Assembly (NCBI RefSeq): GCF_016904885.1 | Contig: NZ_JADWYI010000001.1 | Location: 7,369,224 to 7,433,223, forward strand | DNA from: [Archangium] primigenium | GTDB lineage: Bacteria; Myxococcota; Myxococcia; Myxococcales; Myxococcaceae | Direction: 5' to 3' | Length of the DNA stretch: 64,000 bases | In this document: piece by piece, positions 1 to 11,950 of the stretch | Numbering within the stretch: the first letter of the stretch is position 1 | Layout: each line of letters opens with the position of its first letter | Notes under the pieces: model-generated | Seen by the model: only the letters and a program-made list of their open reading frames with translations | Database searches by the model: none | What the model was told of the DNA's origin: nothing | Position numbers and translations under genes: made by a program

Positions 1-466
1 CTTCAAGGACTACCAGCAGGATCCCGTCACCCGGCAGATGCTGCACGTGGACTTCATCGCCGTGCGCGCCGGTGAGCTCGTCAAGGTGAACGTGCCCCTC
101 GTGCTCACGGGCCGCGCCGAGGGTCTGGCCGACGGCGGTCTGCTCACCCAGGTCCGCCGTGAGCTGGAGATCTACGCCAAGCCGGAGTCCATCCCCGAGA
201 AGATCGAGGTGGACGTCACGCCGCTGAAGATCAACCAGGCGCTGCACATCAACGACGTGACGCTGCCCGCGGGCGCCACGGTGAAGACGAACGTCAACTA
301 CACCATCGCGGTCCTCAGCGCGCCCGAGGGCGCGGTGGAGGCGGCTCCCGCGGCGGCGGCGGCGGCTCCCGCGGCGGCCAAGCCCGCGGCGGGCGCGGCC
401 AAGCCCGCGGCCGGTGCGGCCAAGCCCGCGGCCGGTGCGGCCAAGCCCGCGGCGGGCAAGAAGTAG
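1..466 (+). CDS. rplY: 50S ribosomal protein L25/general stress protein Ctc, 5'-truncated at the window edge, with a C-terminal (AKPAAGA)x4 low-complexity tail
   Basis: The translation VRAGELVKVNVPLVLTGRAEG...LKINQALHINDVTLP matches the L25/Ctc beta-barrel. The reading frame is open from base 2 and the stop codon is at 464-466. The tail is encoded by a 21-bp tandem repeat. Confidence 0.85.
   Translation, partial: FKDYQQDPVTRQMLHVDFIAVRAGELVKVNVPLVLTGRAEGLADGGLLTQVRRELEIYAKPESIPEKIEVDVTPLKINQALHINDVTLPAGATVKTNVNYTIAVLSAPEGAVEAAPAAAAAAPAAAKPAAGAAKPAAGAAKPAAGAAKPAAGKK
377..460 (+). repeat. 21-bp tandem repeat x4 (gccaagcccgcggcSggYgcg) encoding the AKPAAGA repeats of the L25 tail
   Basis: Four direct, near-identical 21-nt units found by eye. 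Each unit is 7 codons, so the array stays in frame. Confidence 0.8.
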
Positions 467-491
467 TCCTCGCCCGTCGTTTGCACTGCGC

Positions 492-527
492 GGGGCCGGC
501 CCAACGGGCTGGCCCCGTCTGTTTTTC
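492..527 (+). terminator. Rho-independent-like terminator after rplY
   Basis: GC stem ggggccggccc/gggctggcccc followed by a tgttttt run, directly after the rplY stop. Confidence 0.45.
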
Positions 528-541
528 GGGGAGCAACGGTC

Positions 542-1120
542 ATGAAGCTCATCTGTGGACTGGGCAATCCCGGGCGCGAGTACGAGCGGCACCGGCACAA
601 CATCGGGTTCATGGCGGTGGAGACCCTGCTGCCCCGCGCGCGCGCCGAGCTGCACCAGGGGAAGTTCCAGGCCCACGTGGGCCAGGGCACCCTGGGCGGC
701 GAGAAGGTCATATTCCTGGAGCCGCAGACGTACATGAACCTGTCGGGCCGCTCGGTGGCCGAGGCGGCGCGCTTCTACAAGATCGCCGTGCCCGACGTGC
801 TCATCATCCACGACGAGCTGGACCTGGACTTCGGCCGGCTGCAGCTCAAGGCGGGCGGGGGCAGCGGCGGGCACAACGGCCTGAAGAGCACGGTGCAGTG
901 CCTGGGCGAGGACGGCTTCATCCGGCTGCGCCTGGGCATCGGCAAGCCCCAGGGCCCCAACGCCAAGGAGCGGGTGGCCGGCTACGTGCTGTCCAACTTC
1001 GATGACGGCGAGCGCCGCCAGTTGGACGACCTGCTCGCCCAGGCCGCGGACGCGGCCGAGACGTGGGTGCGCGACGGCCTGTCCACGGCGATGAACCGCT
1101 TCAACAAGCGCGCGCCTTGA
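542..1120 (+). CDS. pth: Peptidyl-tRNA hydrolase
   Basis: [23 protein letters not shown] and GGHNGLKS are the canonical Pth motifs. Length is 192 aa. It follows rplY, which is the conserved gene order. Confidence 0.9.
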   Translation: MKLICGLGNPGREYERHRHNIGFMAVETLLPRARAELHQGKFQAHVGQGTLGGEKVIFLEPQTYMNLSGRSVAEAARFYKIAVPDVLIIHDELDLDFGRLQLKAGGGSGGHNGLKSTVQCLGEDGFIRLRLGIGKPQGPNAKERVAGYVLSNFDDGERRQLDDLLAQAADAAETWVRDGLSTAMNRFNKRAP

Positions 1121-1145
1121 CTTTGGGGCGCGGGCCCCCTTAGAA
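1117..1145 (+). promoter_or_regulatory. Candidate sigma70-type promoter (TTGACT-17 bp-TTAGAA) and start of the rpsF leader
   Basis: The -35 TTGACT overlaps the pth stop. A 17-nt GC-rich spacer precedes TTAGAA. About 180 nt of structured leader follow before the rpsF ATG, and S6 operons commonly carry an autoregulatory leader. Confidence 0.3.
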
Positions 1146-1323
1146 GGCGCGTTCCCCGCGATCTGGGAAGCCAGGACGCTGGGGGGACGTTGTTCTTTTT
1201 CATGGCGCGAGGGTGACGGGCGCGCGGTTTCCCGTCCCCGGCGGAAGGTCCCCCTTGGACTCTCCGACCGTTTCCCCGCTCCTCGGGCTTCCCGGGGGGC
1301 ACCAACCCCAAGGGGAGAGAAAC

Positions 1324-1788
1324 ATGGCTGAGACGCAGGCCGCCAAGCGGCTTCGTGAGTACGAGACCATCTTCCTGGTCAAGCCGGACCTCACCGACGA
1401 CAACGTGGACAAGCTCAAGGAGCGCGTCCGGGGCATCGTCGGCCGCGAGGGTGGCAAGGTCATCCGCTTCACGGTGTGGGGCAAGAAGAAGACCGCCTAC
1501 ACCCTGGCCAAGCAGCCGCGCGCCATCTACATCCACGCGCACTACCTGGGTGGCAGCACGCTGGTGGCCGAGATCGAGCGCAACCTGCGCAACCTGGACG
1601 AGGTGACGCGCTACCTGTCCACGAAGATCGCCGAGGAAGTGGACCCCGAGTCGCGTCAGACGCTCGAGGACGTGAAGCTGGCCGGTGACGTCGAGGAGTC
1701 CCGTCCGGGCACCACGGGCGCCCCCGAGCGCGCGGGCGCCCCCGACGAGGCCGCCGAGACTGAGGAGGAGAGCACCGAGGAGGCCTAG
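1324..1788 (+). CDS. rpsF: 30S ribosomal protein S6 with an acidic C-terminal tail
   Basis: MAETQAAKRLREYETIFLVKPDL...IRFTVWGKKKTAYTL is the S6 fold. The tail is D/E-rich. The start was placed at the ATG 37 codons into ORF 1213-1788. Confidence 0.9.
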   Translation: MAETQAAKRLREYETIFLVKPDLTDDNVDKLKERVRGIVGREGGKVIRFTVWGKKKTAYTLAKQPRAIYIHAHYLGGSTLVAEIERNLRNLDEVTRYLSTKIAEEVDPESRQTLEDVKLAGDVEESRPGTTGAPERAGAPDEAAETEEESTEEA

Positions 1789-1841
1789 TGCCCCCGCGGT
1801 CCTCCACGGATCCACTCTCCTAGAGAAAAAAGAGAACGCTC

Positions 1842-2174
1842 ATGATTGGCAACAACGACAGGAATTCCTCCCGCGGCGGTGATCGCGACCGGGGTGACCG
1901 GGACGCGGGCCGGGGCGGCGCCGGTGGTGACGACGAGAAGCGTGGCGGTGGCCGCGGCTTTGGCCGCAAGAAGGTCTGCCGCTTCTGCGCCGAGAAGAAC
2001 GCCAAGGTGGACTTCAAGGATCAGGCGACCCTGAAGTACTTCGTCACCGAGCGCGGCAAGATCATCCCCCGCCGCATCTCGGGCAACTGCGCCAAGCACC
2101 AGCGCGAGGTGGCGGTCGCCATCAAGCGCGCCCGCGGCCTGGCCCTGCTCCCCTACAACGCGATGGTGGGCTAG
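1842..2174 (+). CDS. rpsR: 30S ribosomal protein S18 with a ~40-aa RGG/RD-rich N-terminal extension
   Basis: [61 protein letters not shown] is the S18 core. It is preceded by [25 protein letters not shown]. Confidence 0.9.
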   Translation: MIGNNDRNSSRGGDRDRGDRDAGRGGAGGDDEKRGGGRGFGRKKVCRFCAEKNAKVDFKDQATLKYFVTERGKIIPRRISGNCAKHQREVAVAIKRARGLALLPYNAMVG

Positions 2175-2207
2175 CAGTCCCCCCACCTCCACACCGGAGA
2201 CATCACT

Positions 2208-2654
2208 ATGAAGGTCATTCTTCGTGAGGACGTCGCGAACCTGGGCAAGTCCGGGGAGCTCGTGACGGTGAAGGACGGCTTCGGCCGCAACTACCTGCTG
2301 CCGCGCAAGCTGGCCGTGCTGGCCAGCGAGCAGAACGTGCGTCAGCTCGAGCACGAGCGGGCCGCCATCGCCGCGCGCAACGCCAAGCTCAAGGGCGCCG
2401 CCGAGGAGCAGTCCAAGAAGCTGGGCGCCGTGAAGGTCACCATCCGCCGCAAGGTGGGTGAGCAGGACAAGCTCTACGGCTCCGTCACCGTGCTGGACAT
2501 CGCCGAGGCGCTCGCCGCCCAGGGCCAGTCGGTGGACCGCCGCCAGCTGCACCTGGCCGAGCCCATCAAGGCCACCGGTCAGTACGAGGTGGAGCTGCGC
2601 CTGCACCGCGACGTGACGGCCAAGATCAAGGTCGAGGTCGCCGCCGAGGCCTGA
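2208..2654 (+). CDS. rplI: 50S ribosomal protein L9
   Basis: [36 protein letters not shown] is the L9 N-domain. Length is 148 aa. It sits in the conserved rpsF-rpsR-rplI-dnaB order. Confidence 0.9.
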   Translation: MKVILREDVANLGKSGELVTVKDGFGRNYLLPRKLAVLASEQNVRQLEHERAAIAARNAKLKGAAEEQSKKLGAVKVTIRRKVGEQDKLYGSVTVLDIAEALAAQGQSVDRRQLHLAEPIKATGQYEVELRLHRDVTAKIKVEVAAEA

Positions 2655-2821
2655 AACCCTCGCGCCGCGTGAAGTTCCAGGGCCGTCCGGGACATCCTCC
2701 CGGGCGGCCCTTTTCTTTTCCCGCCCGGCCGCGAGCCCAAGCGGGCAACCACGGGCGCACGTCAGGGGTGAGGGACAGGATTGCGCGACACCCCTGTAGC
2801 GCGGAGACTGGCCCAGGACCC

Positions 2822-4219
2822 ATGGACAACATCCTCGACATTCGGACAGGTGGACGGCGCAGTCACGAAGACCTGGCCGCGGAGCGCGCCGTGCTGGGCG
2901 CCGTGCTGGCGGACAACAGCATCTTCGCCAGTCTCGCGGAGGTGGTGAGCACCGACGACTTCGCGGCCCCCGCGCACGCGCAGATCTTCGCCGCGATGAT
3001 CAAACTGGACGGCTCCTCGCGCCAGGTCGATCACCTCACCCTCGCCGAGGAGCTCAAGGTGCTCGGCCAGCTCGCCGCGGTGGGCGGTCCCGCCTACCTG
3101 ATGAGCCTGGATCAGGTGGTGCCCGTGCCGGGCAACGCCGTGGCGTACGCGAAGATCGTCAAGGATCAGGCCCTGCGCCGCCGGCTCGCGGGCGTGGGCC
3201 GGGAGATCCAGGACCTCGCCAGCCAGGAGACCGGCGAGCTGGACGTGCTGCTCGACGAGGCCGAGCGCAAGGTCTTCCTCCTCGCCGAGAAGAAGCGCGA
3301 GGGCGACCTGCGACCCGTGAGCGAGCTGATGGAGCACACGCTCGATCTGCTCGACAAGATGAAGACCGCCACGACGGGCATCACCGGCCTGTCCACGGGC
3401 TATGTCGACCTGGACAACCAGCTCACGGGCCTGCACGCCGGCGAGCTCATCATCCTCGCGGCGCGTCCCGGCGTGGGCAAGACGTCCTTCGCCATGAACA
3501 TCGCCACGCACGTGGCGCTGCAGGAGGAGGCCAAGGCGGCCGCCATCTTCAGCCTGGAAATGCCCGCGGATCAGCTCCTCATGCGTCTGCTCGCCTCGTG
3601 CGCGCGCGTGGACATGAAGAAGCTGCGCGGCGGCCGGCTCACCCCCAACGACGAGGAGAAGTTCCAGGAGATGGCGGGCCGGCTCTACAACGCGCCCCTC
3701 TACATCGACGACTCGGGCGGCCTGTCCCCGTTCGACCTGCGCGCCAAGGCGCGGCGGCTCAAGCAGCGCGACCCCCGGCTCTCGCTCATCATCATCGACT
3801 ACCTCCAGCTCATGCACCAGAAGGGCAAGGTGGAGAGCCGTCAGCTGGAAATCTCCGAGATCTCCCGCGCGCTCAAGCAGCTGTCCAAGGAGCTGGAGGT
3901 GCCCATCGTCGCGCTCTCGCAGCTCAGCCGTAAGGTGGAAGAGCGCAAGGGCGGCAAGCCCATGCTCTCCGACCTGCGTGAGTCGGGCGCCATCGAGCAG
4001 GACGCCGACGTGGTGATGTTCATCCACCGCGAGGATCAGGGCGAGGGCGAGGGCGGCGCCGGAGGCGGCGGCGGTGGCGGGGGCGGCGGAGGGGGTGGCA
4101 TCACGGCCATTCCCGTGCAGCTCGTCATCGCCAAGCAGCGCAACGGCCCCATCGGCGACATCGACCTGGTCTTCCTCGCCGAGTACACGCGCTTCGAGAG
4201 CCGGGCGCGCATGGAGTAG
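2822..4219 (+). CDS. dnaB: Replicative DNA helicase DnaB with a poly-Gly insertion near the C-terminus
   Basis: ERAVLGAVLADNSIF matches the N-domain. Walker A GVGKTSF, IIIDYLQLM and SQLSR are the RecA-like motifs. The start was taken at the ATG 51 codons into ORF 2669-4219. Confidence 0.9.
   Translation: MDNILDIRTGGRRSHEDLAAERAVLGAVLADNSIFASLAEVVSTDDFAAPAHAQIFAAMIKLDGSSRQVDHLTLAEELKVLGQLAAVGGPAYLMSLDQVVPVPGNAVAYAKIVKDQALRRRLAGVGREIQDLASQETGELDVLLDEAERKVFLLAEKKREGDLRPVSELMEHTLDLLDKMKTATTGITGLSTGYVDLDNQLTGLHAGELIILAARPGVGKTSFAMNIATHVALQEEAKAAAIFSLEMPADQLLMRLLASCARVDMKKLRGGRLTPNDEEKFQEMAGRLYNAPLYIDDSGGLSPFDLRAKARRLKQRDPRLSLIIIDYLQLMHQKGKVESRQLEISEISRALKQLSKELEVPIVALSQLSRKVEERKGGKPMLSDLRESGAIEQDADVVMFIHREDQGEGEGGAGGGGGGGGGGGGGITAIPVQLVIAKQRNGPIGDIDLVFLAEYTRFESRARME
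4040..4099 (+). repeat. GGN-type simple sequence repeat inside dnaB encoding GEGEGGAGGGGGGGGGGGGG
   Basis: Twenty consecutive Gly/Glu/Ala codons, found by eye. They lie between the conserved HREDQ and ITAIPVQLVIAKQRNG segments. Confidence 0.8.
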
Positions 4220-4236
4220 CGGCGCTACACGCGGCG

Positions 4237-4890
4237 CTACACTACGAGCGAGACCTGGACGCGCCGCCGGCCCTTGTCGAGCTGGCGCGCCAGGGACTCG
4301 GGCGTGTCGCCGGACTCGCTCCAGGCGTCGATGGACTCCAGCTCCCACGCCTCGAGGATGCCCTCCCCTTCGTAGCCCGGGATGAAGCCCTCGCGCAGCG
4401 CCTGCTGGACGCCCCGGAGCGGCCCCACCACGACCACGTCGCCCAGGCCGAAGAAGCGCAGCGGCGTGCCGCACGTCTCCAGCGCCGCGTTGAGCAGCGC
4501 CAGCACCGCGTTCACGTTGAAGTACTCCGAGATGTCCTGGAACGTGACGCCATAGCGTCGGCCGTCCAGGGTCAGGCGCAGCGTGTAGCGGTGGCCAGGT
4601 CCGCCCGCCTCTCCCCCGCTCGCGCGCACGTCCCCCGCCGGATCATTCTCCCCGGGGAGCACCTGGGTGAAGCGGGCGCCCTCCAACCAGGGGGACACGA
4701 ACGGTCGCAGGGCCTCCACGAGGCCCGAGTGATCCACGGGGTACGCCCCCGCCTCGGGCTCGAAGCCGTAGCCCCGGCCCAACCGGATGAAGGTCTCGTC
4801 CCAGTACTCACGCCGGAGGGGATTGGCGGGCGGAACGGGACCGGTGAGATGCAACAACTCGCGCAGGCGTTGTTCGTCGGGAATGGCCAT
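4237..4890 (-). CDS. Hypothetical protein (217 aa, no recognisable domain)
   Basis: Clean ORF convergent with dnaB. Composition looks like a coding frame. No motif recognised. Confidence 0.45.
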   Translation of the reverse strand: MAIPDEQRLRELLHLTGPVPPANPLRREYWDETFIRLGRGYGFEPEAGAYPVDHSGLVEALRPFVSPWLEGARFTQVLPGENDPAGDVRASGGEAGGPGHRYTLRLTLDGRRYGVTFQDISEYFNVNAVLALLNAALETCGTPLRFFGLGDVVVVGPLRGVQQALREGFIPGYEGEGILEAWELESIDAWSESGDTPESLARQLDKGRRRVQVSLVV

Positions 4891-4940
4891 GACTCCTCAC
4901 CAGCTCGGCCCTCCCTTGTGCCATGGCGGTCTGACGTCGC

Positions 4941-5702
4941 TCAGCGCCGGTGTTCCCGCGCCTTCTGCACGAGCAGCCGGTACACCCCCACGCTCACGGG
5001 GATGGTGTGCAGCATCAGCTCGGGGTGCCACTGCACGCCCACGGCGAAGACGTACTGCGTGGACTCGATGGCCTCCACCACGCCGTCCGGCGCCACCGCG
5101 CTCACCAGCACCTGCTCGCCCGTCTTGTTCACCGACTGGTGGTGCGTGGAGTTCACCATCAGCTGGCCCCGGCCGAGCGCCTCCGCCAGGAGCGAGCCGT
5201 CGCGGATCTCCACCGGGTGCTGGGGCTGGGAGCGGTCATGCTCCTGGGTGTGCCCGTGCGCGCCGGGCACCTCGCGGCCGATGTCCTGGAACAGCGTGCC
5301 CCCGAGCACCACGTTGAGCAGCTGCATGCCCCCGCAGATGCCCAGAACCGGCATGTTGCGCTTGAGGGCGCCGCGCATCAGCGCGGACTCGAACGCCGTG
5401 CGCGACAGCTTCAGCGGCCCCAGGCCCTCGCGCGACGTGTCGCCGTAGGACTCGGGGGGAATGTCGAAGGCGCCTCCGGTGACGAGCAGCCCGGAGATGC
5501 GATCCAGGTAGGCCTCCACGCACGCCGGGTCGTCCACGTAGGGCAGCACTAGGGGCAGGCCCCCCGCGCGCAGCACCGCCTCCGCGTAGGCCGCCTTCAA
5601 CTCGTACGCGGCGAACGGCGCCTCGGGCCGGCTGGCGCTGAAGTCCGGGGTGATGCCGATGTTGGGCCGGCGGGGCGCCTGGCCATGGGGTTTGTGCGTC
5701 AT
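4941..5702 (-). CDS. Class I glutamine amidotransferase-like / peptidase C26 (gamma-glutamyl-GABA hydrolase PuuD family)
   Basis: GICGGMQ is the nucleophile elbow and VQWHPE is the His region, both typical of C26/GATase1 hydrolases. The start overlaps the thiE stop by 4 bp. Confidence 0.7.
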   Translation of the reverse strand: MTHKPHGQAPRRPNIGITPDFSASRPEAPFAAYELKAAYAEAVLRAGGLPLVLPYVDDPACVEAYLDRISGLLVTGGAFDIPPESYGDTSREGLGPLKLSRTAFESALMRGALKRNMPVLGICGGMQLLNVVLGGTLFQDIGREVPGAHGHTQEHDRSQPQHPVEIRDGSLLAEALGRGQLMVNSTHHQSVNKTGEQVLVSAVAPDGVVEAIESTQYVFAVGVQWHPELMLHTIPVSVGVYRLLVQKAREHRR

Positions 5703-6376
5703 ACGCCTCCATCCCGGAGGCTAGTCCCTTGCGTGCCCCTGTCAAAAGCAGCGGCCAGCCGCCGCACCCGCTCGGGCACGTCCGGCGCGAGCAGCGCATC
5801 CGAGGCCACCGCCGCCCCATGCGCCCCCGCGGCCGCGACCTGGGCGATGGTGTCGAGCCCCACGCCGCCAATGCCCACCACCGGCAGGGGGCTCGCGCGC
5901 ACCACCGCCGCGAAGCGCTCGAGCCCCAGCACCGGCGCGTTCACCTGCTTGGTCGTCGTCCCGAACACGGGCCCCAGGCCCACGTAGTCCGCGCCCGCGT
6001 CCCGGGCGGCGCGGGCCCCGTCCGCGTCCCGCACCGTCACCCCCACCACCCCTCCAGCCCCCAGCAGGGCGCGGGCCGCCTCCGGGGGCAGGTCCTCCTC
6101 CCCCACATGTACCCCGTGCGCCCCGGACAGCAGGGCCAGGTCCACCCGGTCGTTGAGCAGGCACACCGCCCCGGCCCGTCGGCAGGCGGCCACCACCTCC
6201 CGCGCCACGGCGAGCGCCTCGCGCAGGGGCGTGCGCTTCATGCGCAGTTGCATCACCCGCGCCCCTCCCTCCAGGAGCAGCTCCGCCTTGCGCACGAGGG
6301 GCAGATCGGGACGGAGCGTGTCATCGCACAGGACGTACAGTCCTCGGGGAAGAGGAGGCGTGGGGGGGGCGTTCAT
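5699..6376 (-). CDS. thiE: Thiamine-phosphate synthase
   Basis: LYVLCDD...VMQLRMK...GADYVGLGPVFGTTTK...VVGIGGV is a ThiE TIM barrel. The start was taken at the internal ATG (225 aa). The upstream part of ORF 5699-6850 is GC-frame read-through. Confidence 0.85.
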   Translation of the reverse strand: MNAPPTPPLPRGLYVLCDDTLRPDLPLVRKAELLLEGGARVMQLRMKRTPLREALAVAREVVAACRRAGAVCLLNDRVDLALLSGAHGVHVGEEDLPPEAARALLGAGGVVGVTVRDADGARAARDAGADYVGLGPVFGTTTKQVNAPVLGLERFAAVVRASPLPVVGIGGVGLDTIAQVAAAGAHGAAVASDALLAPDVPERVRRLAAAFDRGTQGTSLRDGGV

Positions 6377-6474
6377 CGGGTCCGGGTGCGGTAGGGGGTA
6401 GGAGCGGCGTTGACAGGGGGGAGCCCTGCTATAAGGTGGCGCGCCCTTTTCCAAGAGATTCCGAGGAGTTGAAC

Positions 6475-6723
6475 ATGGCAGACCCGGTGAACCCCAAGTA
6501 CCTCGACAAGCGCACCACCGAGCGCTACCAGCGCAGCGGCCATGTGTCCGAGGAGGACTACAAGCGCCACATCGCGGGCCTGGAGGACATCGCCGAGAAG
6601 TCCGTGCCCGTGGAGACGGTGATGCAGGACGAGGAGTACGACCTCGACGACGAGGACGACGAGGACGAGGACGAGGACGACGCGCAGGACGACGAGGACG
6701 AGGATTCCGACTCGGCCGGGTGA
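6475..6723 (+). CDS. Small acidic protein with a poly-D/E C-terminal tail
   Basis: MADPVNPKYLDKRTTERYQRSGHVSEEDYKRH... ends in DDEDDEDEDEDDAQDDEDEDSDSAG. A TTGACA...TATAAG promoter-like element lies at 6410-6435. Confidence 0.5.
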   Translation: MADPVNPKYLDKRTTERYQRSGHVSEEDYKRHIAGLEDIAEKSVPVETVMQDEEYDLDDEDDEDEDEDDAQDDEDEDSDSAG

Positions 6724-6727
6724 TGCC

Positions 6728-7039
6728 ATGAGCGAGGAGAAGCGCGGAGAGACCTTCGTGATGCGGGGCGAGTCCGTGACGGGCGCGCCCGAGGCCCCCA
6801 TCACCTTCAGCACCTTCCTCATCGGTCTGGCGTCCAGCGCCCTCATCCACCTGGGCGAGGCACCCAACCCCGAGACGGGCAAGTCCGAGCGGGATCTGGT
6901 GCTCGCGCGCCAGAGCCTGGACCTGCTGGGCCTGTTGCAGGACAAGACGCGGGGCAACCTCACCACCGAGGAGAAGCAGCTCTTCGACAACCTCCTGGCC
7001 GACCTGCGCCTGCGCTTCGTGGAGGCGAACAAGCGGTGA
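6728..7039 (+). CDS. DUF1844-like small protein
   Basis: The central hydrophobic segment FSTFLIGLASSALIHLGE resembles DUF1844 family members, as far as I can recall without a search. Its stop overlaps the next start (GTGA). Confidence 0.5.
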   Translation: MSEEKRGETFVMRGESVTGAPEAPITFSTFLIGLASSALIHLGEAPNPETGKSERDLVLARQSLDLLGLLQDKTRGNLTTEEKQLFDNLLADLRLRFVEANKR

Positions 7040-7698
7040 CGCGTCCGGTGGAAGCCCCCCCTCCGAGCCTGCCCCGCGGCCTGCGGGTGGCGGCCATCGT
7101 GAGCCTCCTGTTCTCCGCGCCCACGGGCTTCCTCGCCTTGAGCGAGTCCCTGGGCCTGGGGCAGCTCGAGGAGCACCGCGAGGCCGCCAAGAACAGCCCT
7201 CCCCCGTCCTTCTCGCTCATGGGGGACCCCGCCATCGACGCGCGCATCACCCAGGCGCAGTACAACGCCCTCGCGCCCCACCGTGAGTCGCGGGCCCTCG
7301 TGCTCGGCATGCTCTCGGTGGTGTGCGCCTTCGTCTTCGTGTCCGCCGGCCGGCTGCTGCGTCCGGACGGGCTGCCGCTCGAGCGCATGCGCCGCATGCT
7401 CGTGGTCTCCACGATCGCCGCGGCCGTGCTGCGCACCATCGACGGCGCCCAGTGGGCCGTGGTCGCCCGCCGCATGGCGCCCACCCTCGTGGAGGCCATG
7501 AAGGGCATGCCCGCCTTCCAGGGCCCGAATTCCGCCGAGGAGCTGGGCGTGGTGACGTGGCTCATGCCCGCCATCTCCATGGCGTTCACGGCCGCGGTCG
7601 CGGGCGTCTTCGCCCTGCTGGGCCAGTACTTCCAGAGCGACACCGTCCGCCACGCCATCAGCGCGCAGGACGGAGCCCTCACGGAGGAAGAGGACTAG
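7036..7698 (+). CDS. Hypothetical membrane protein
   Basis: Several hydrophobic helices (AAIVSLLFSAP, LVLGMLSVVCAFVFV, AISMAFTAAVAGVFALL). Translationally coupled to the upstream gene. Confidence 0.45.
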   Translation: MTRPVEAPPPSLPRGLRVAAIVSLLFSAPTGFLALSESLGLGQLEEHREAAKNSPPPSFSLMGDPAIDARITQAQYNALAPHRESRALVLGMLSVVCAFVFVSAGRLLRPDGLPLERMRRMLVVSTIAAAVLRTIDGAQWAVVARRMAPTLVEAMKGMPAFQGPNSAEELGVVTWLMPAISMAFTAAVAGVFALLGQYFQSDTVRHAISAQDGALTEEED

Positions 7699-7702
7699 CC
7701 GC

Positions 7703-8155
7703 TCAGGCGGCGATGCCGCGAAGCAACCCTTCCAACAGCGTGTCCGACGTCGCGTCGTCCAGCGCCACGCGCGTCGTCGGCAACAGGCGCAGCCGCAGCA
7801 ACTGATCGCGCTCCACGCCGAACACCCACGCCAGGTGCCCCAGGGGCCAGCGCGACTGCATCCGCGCGAACGCCTGATCGTCGAAATCACCGTCCGACGA
7901 CTCCGGCAATTCCACCTCGTTGTACATCAGCCGCTCGCCCCCCACGTGCTGCCCCCGGCCAAAGGCCTGCACCTCCTCATACTCCTGGGGAAGGTACACG
8001 TAGGAGTGCACGGTCACCCCCGCCGAGCGGGACAGGGCCCGGGCGAGCGCCTGATGCCCAGCATACCACCGCGCTCCGTCACGGCCCTCGGTCAGGGGGC
8101 TCTCCAGCGCCAGGCGGACGATCTTCCGCCGCTCGTGGATGGACACCGCCAGCAC
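7703..8155 (-). CDS. Hypothetical protein
   Basis: 150-aa ORF. Start uncertain. Confidence 0.35.
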   Translation of the reverse strand: MLAVSIHERRKIVRLALESPLTEGRDGARWYAGHQALARALSRSAGVTVHSYVYLPQEYEEVQAFGRGQHVGGERLMYNEVELPESSDGDFDDQAFARMQSRWPLGHLAWVFGVERDQLLRLRLLPTTRVALDDATSDTLLEGLLRGIAA

Positions 8156-8436
8156 CGTGTTCGCGGGAGCGCCGTCTTCCAGGAGCGCCTGCCGGGCGAG
8201 CGCCGGAAGGCTCAGGCGGCCCAGGGATTCGACTCGAATGAGGTAACCGCCGTGCGCGTCCAGTTGGTAACCCCCCGGAAGGTGGGCCGCATATACCCGG
8301 ACTGCCCCAGGGAGGCAACTCCAGGCAACCCGGAAGACCCGGGGGCGAGCGGGCGGGCGCCAGGATCCGCGCGGGGGGTGAAAAGGCCCGGGCCGGGCGT
8401 CCTTGCCAAGGGTGTTCGGGCTCTTACGTTGGGGCC

Positions 8437-11040
<2,604 letters not shown>

Positions 11041-11056
11041 GCCCCCGTCGTGACAA

Positions 11057-11096
11057 CGCCCCGCACGGCCGAGGAGCCGTGCGGGGCGTTTCGCGT
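11057..11096. terminator. Hairpin between convergent clpB and the ABC permease gene
   Basis: Stem cgccccgcacgg/ccgtgcggggcg followed by tttcgcgtt. Confidence 0.4.
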
Positions 11097-11113
11097 TCCC
11101 AGCCCTTGGTTTC

Positions 11114-11950
11114 CTAGCCCTTCACCGCGCCCGCCGTGAGGCCGGACACGATGCTGCGCTGGAAGATGAGCACCATCGCGATGAGGGGCACGGTCACGAC
11201 GACCGAGGCCGCCATGATGAGGCCCCAGGGCAGCTCGTACTGGCTCGCCCCGCTCATCAGCGCGATGGCCACCGGCACCGTGCGCGCCTCCTGCGACAGC
11301 GTGAAGGTGAGCGCGAAGAGGAACTCGTTCCACGCCGCGATGAACGCGAGCAGGCCCGTGGTCACCAGCGCCGGCTTGAGCAGCGGCAGGAAGACGTTGA
11401 AGCAGATCATCCACGGCGTGGCGCCATCCACCACCGCAGCCTCCTCCAGCTCCTTGGGCAGCTCCCGCATGAACGTCGTCATCACCCACACGGTGAAGGG
11501 CAGCGTGAAGAGCATGTAGGAGAGCGTCAGGGCCGGCAGCGTGTTGTACAGGCCCAGGGCGCGCACGAGCTCGTACATGCCCGAGAGCACCGCGATCTGC
11601 GGGAACATGGACACCGCGAGGATCATCAGCAGCAGGAGCGAGCGGCCCCGGAAGCGGATGCGCGCCAGGGCGAAGGACGCGGTGACCGCCAGGAAGAGCG
11701 ACACCAGCACCACCGACGTGGCCACCACCACCGAGTTGAAGAGGTTCCTCCCAAAGGGCTGCTCGGTGAACACCGCGGTGTAGTTGCTCCACGCCGGCTG
11801 CCGCGGCCAGGCCTCCACCACGAACAGCGCGCTGCCCTGCTTCAGGGAGGACACCACCGCCCAGTAGAAGGGAAAGAGCGTGTAGAGGGTGATGACCGTC
11901 ACCAGGAGCCCGAAGCCGAGCTTCTTCAACCAGAAAAGCGCCTGTCTCAT
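11114..11950 (-). CDS. Carbohydrate ABC transporter permease (CUT1, MalG/UgpE-like)
   Basis: Six TM segments. EAAxxDGA-type signature [22 protein letters not shown]. Start at the ATG overlapping the upstream permease stop. Confidence 0.85.
   Translation of the reverse strand: MRQALFWLKKLGFGLLVTVITLYTLFPFYWAVVSSLKQGSALFVVEAWPRQPAWSNYTAVFTEQPFGRNLFNSVVVATSVVLVSLFLAVTASFALARIRFRGRSLLLLMILAVSMFPQIAVLSGMYELVRALGLYNTLPALTLSYMLFTLPFTVWVMTTFMRELPKELEEAAVVDGATPWMICFNVFLPLLKPALVTTGLLAFIAAWNEFLFALTFTLSQEARTVPVAIALMSGASQYELPWGLIMAASVVVTVPLIAMVLIFQRSIVSGLTAGAVKG

Noticed and set aside
2762-4474. 570-aa minus-strand ORF overlapping dnaB
   Set aside because: Antisense to DnaB, which has clear Walker motifs. 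High-GC artefact.
5699-6850. 383-aa ORF suggesting a ThiE with a 158-aa N-terminal extension (also 38834-40039, 49326-51095, 42086-43738, 56226-57989)
   Set aside because: The upstream portions are low-complexity R/P/G-rich read-through in open GC frames. Internal ATG/GTG starts give proteins of canonical length and usually coincide with the upstream gene's stop.
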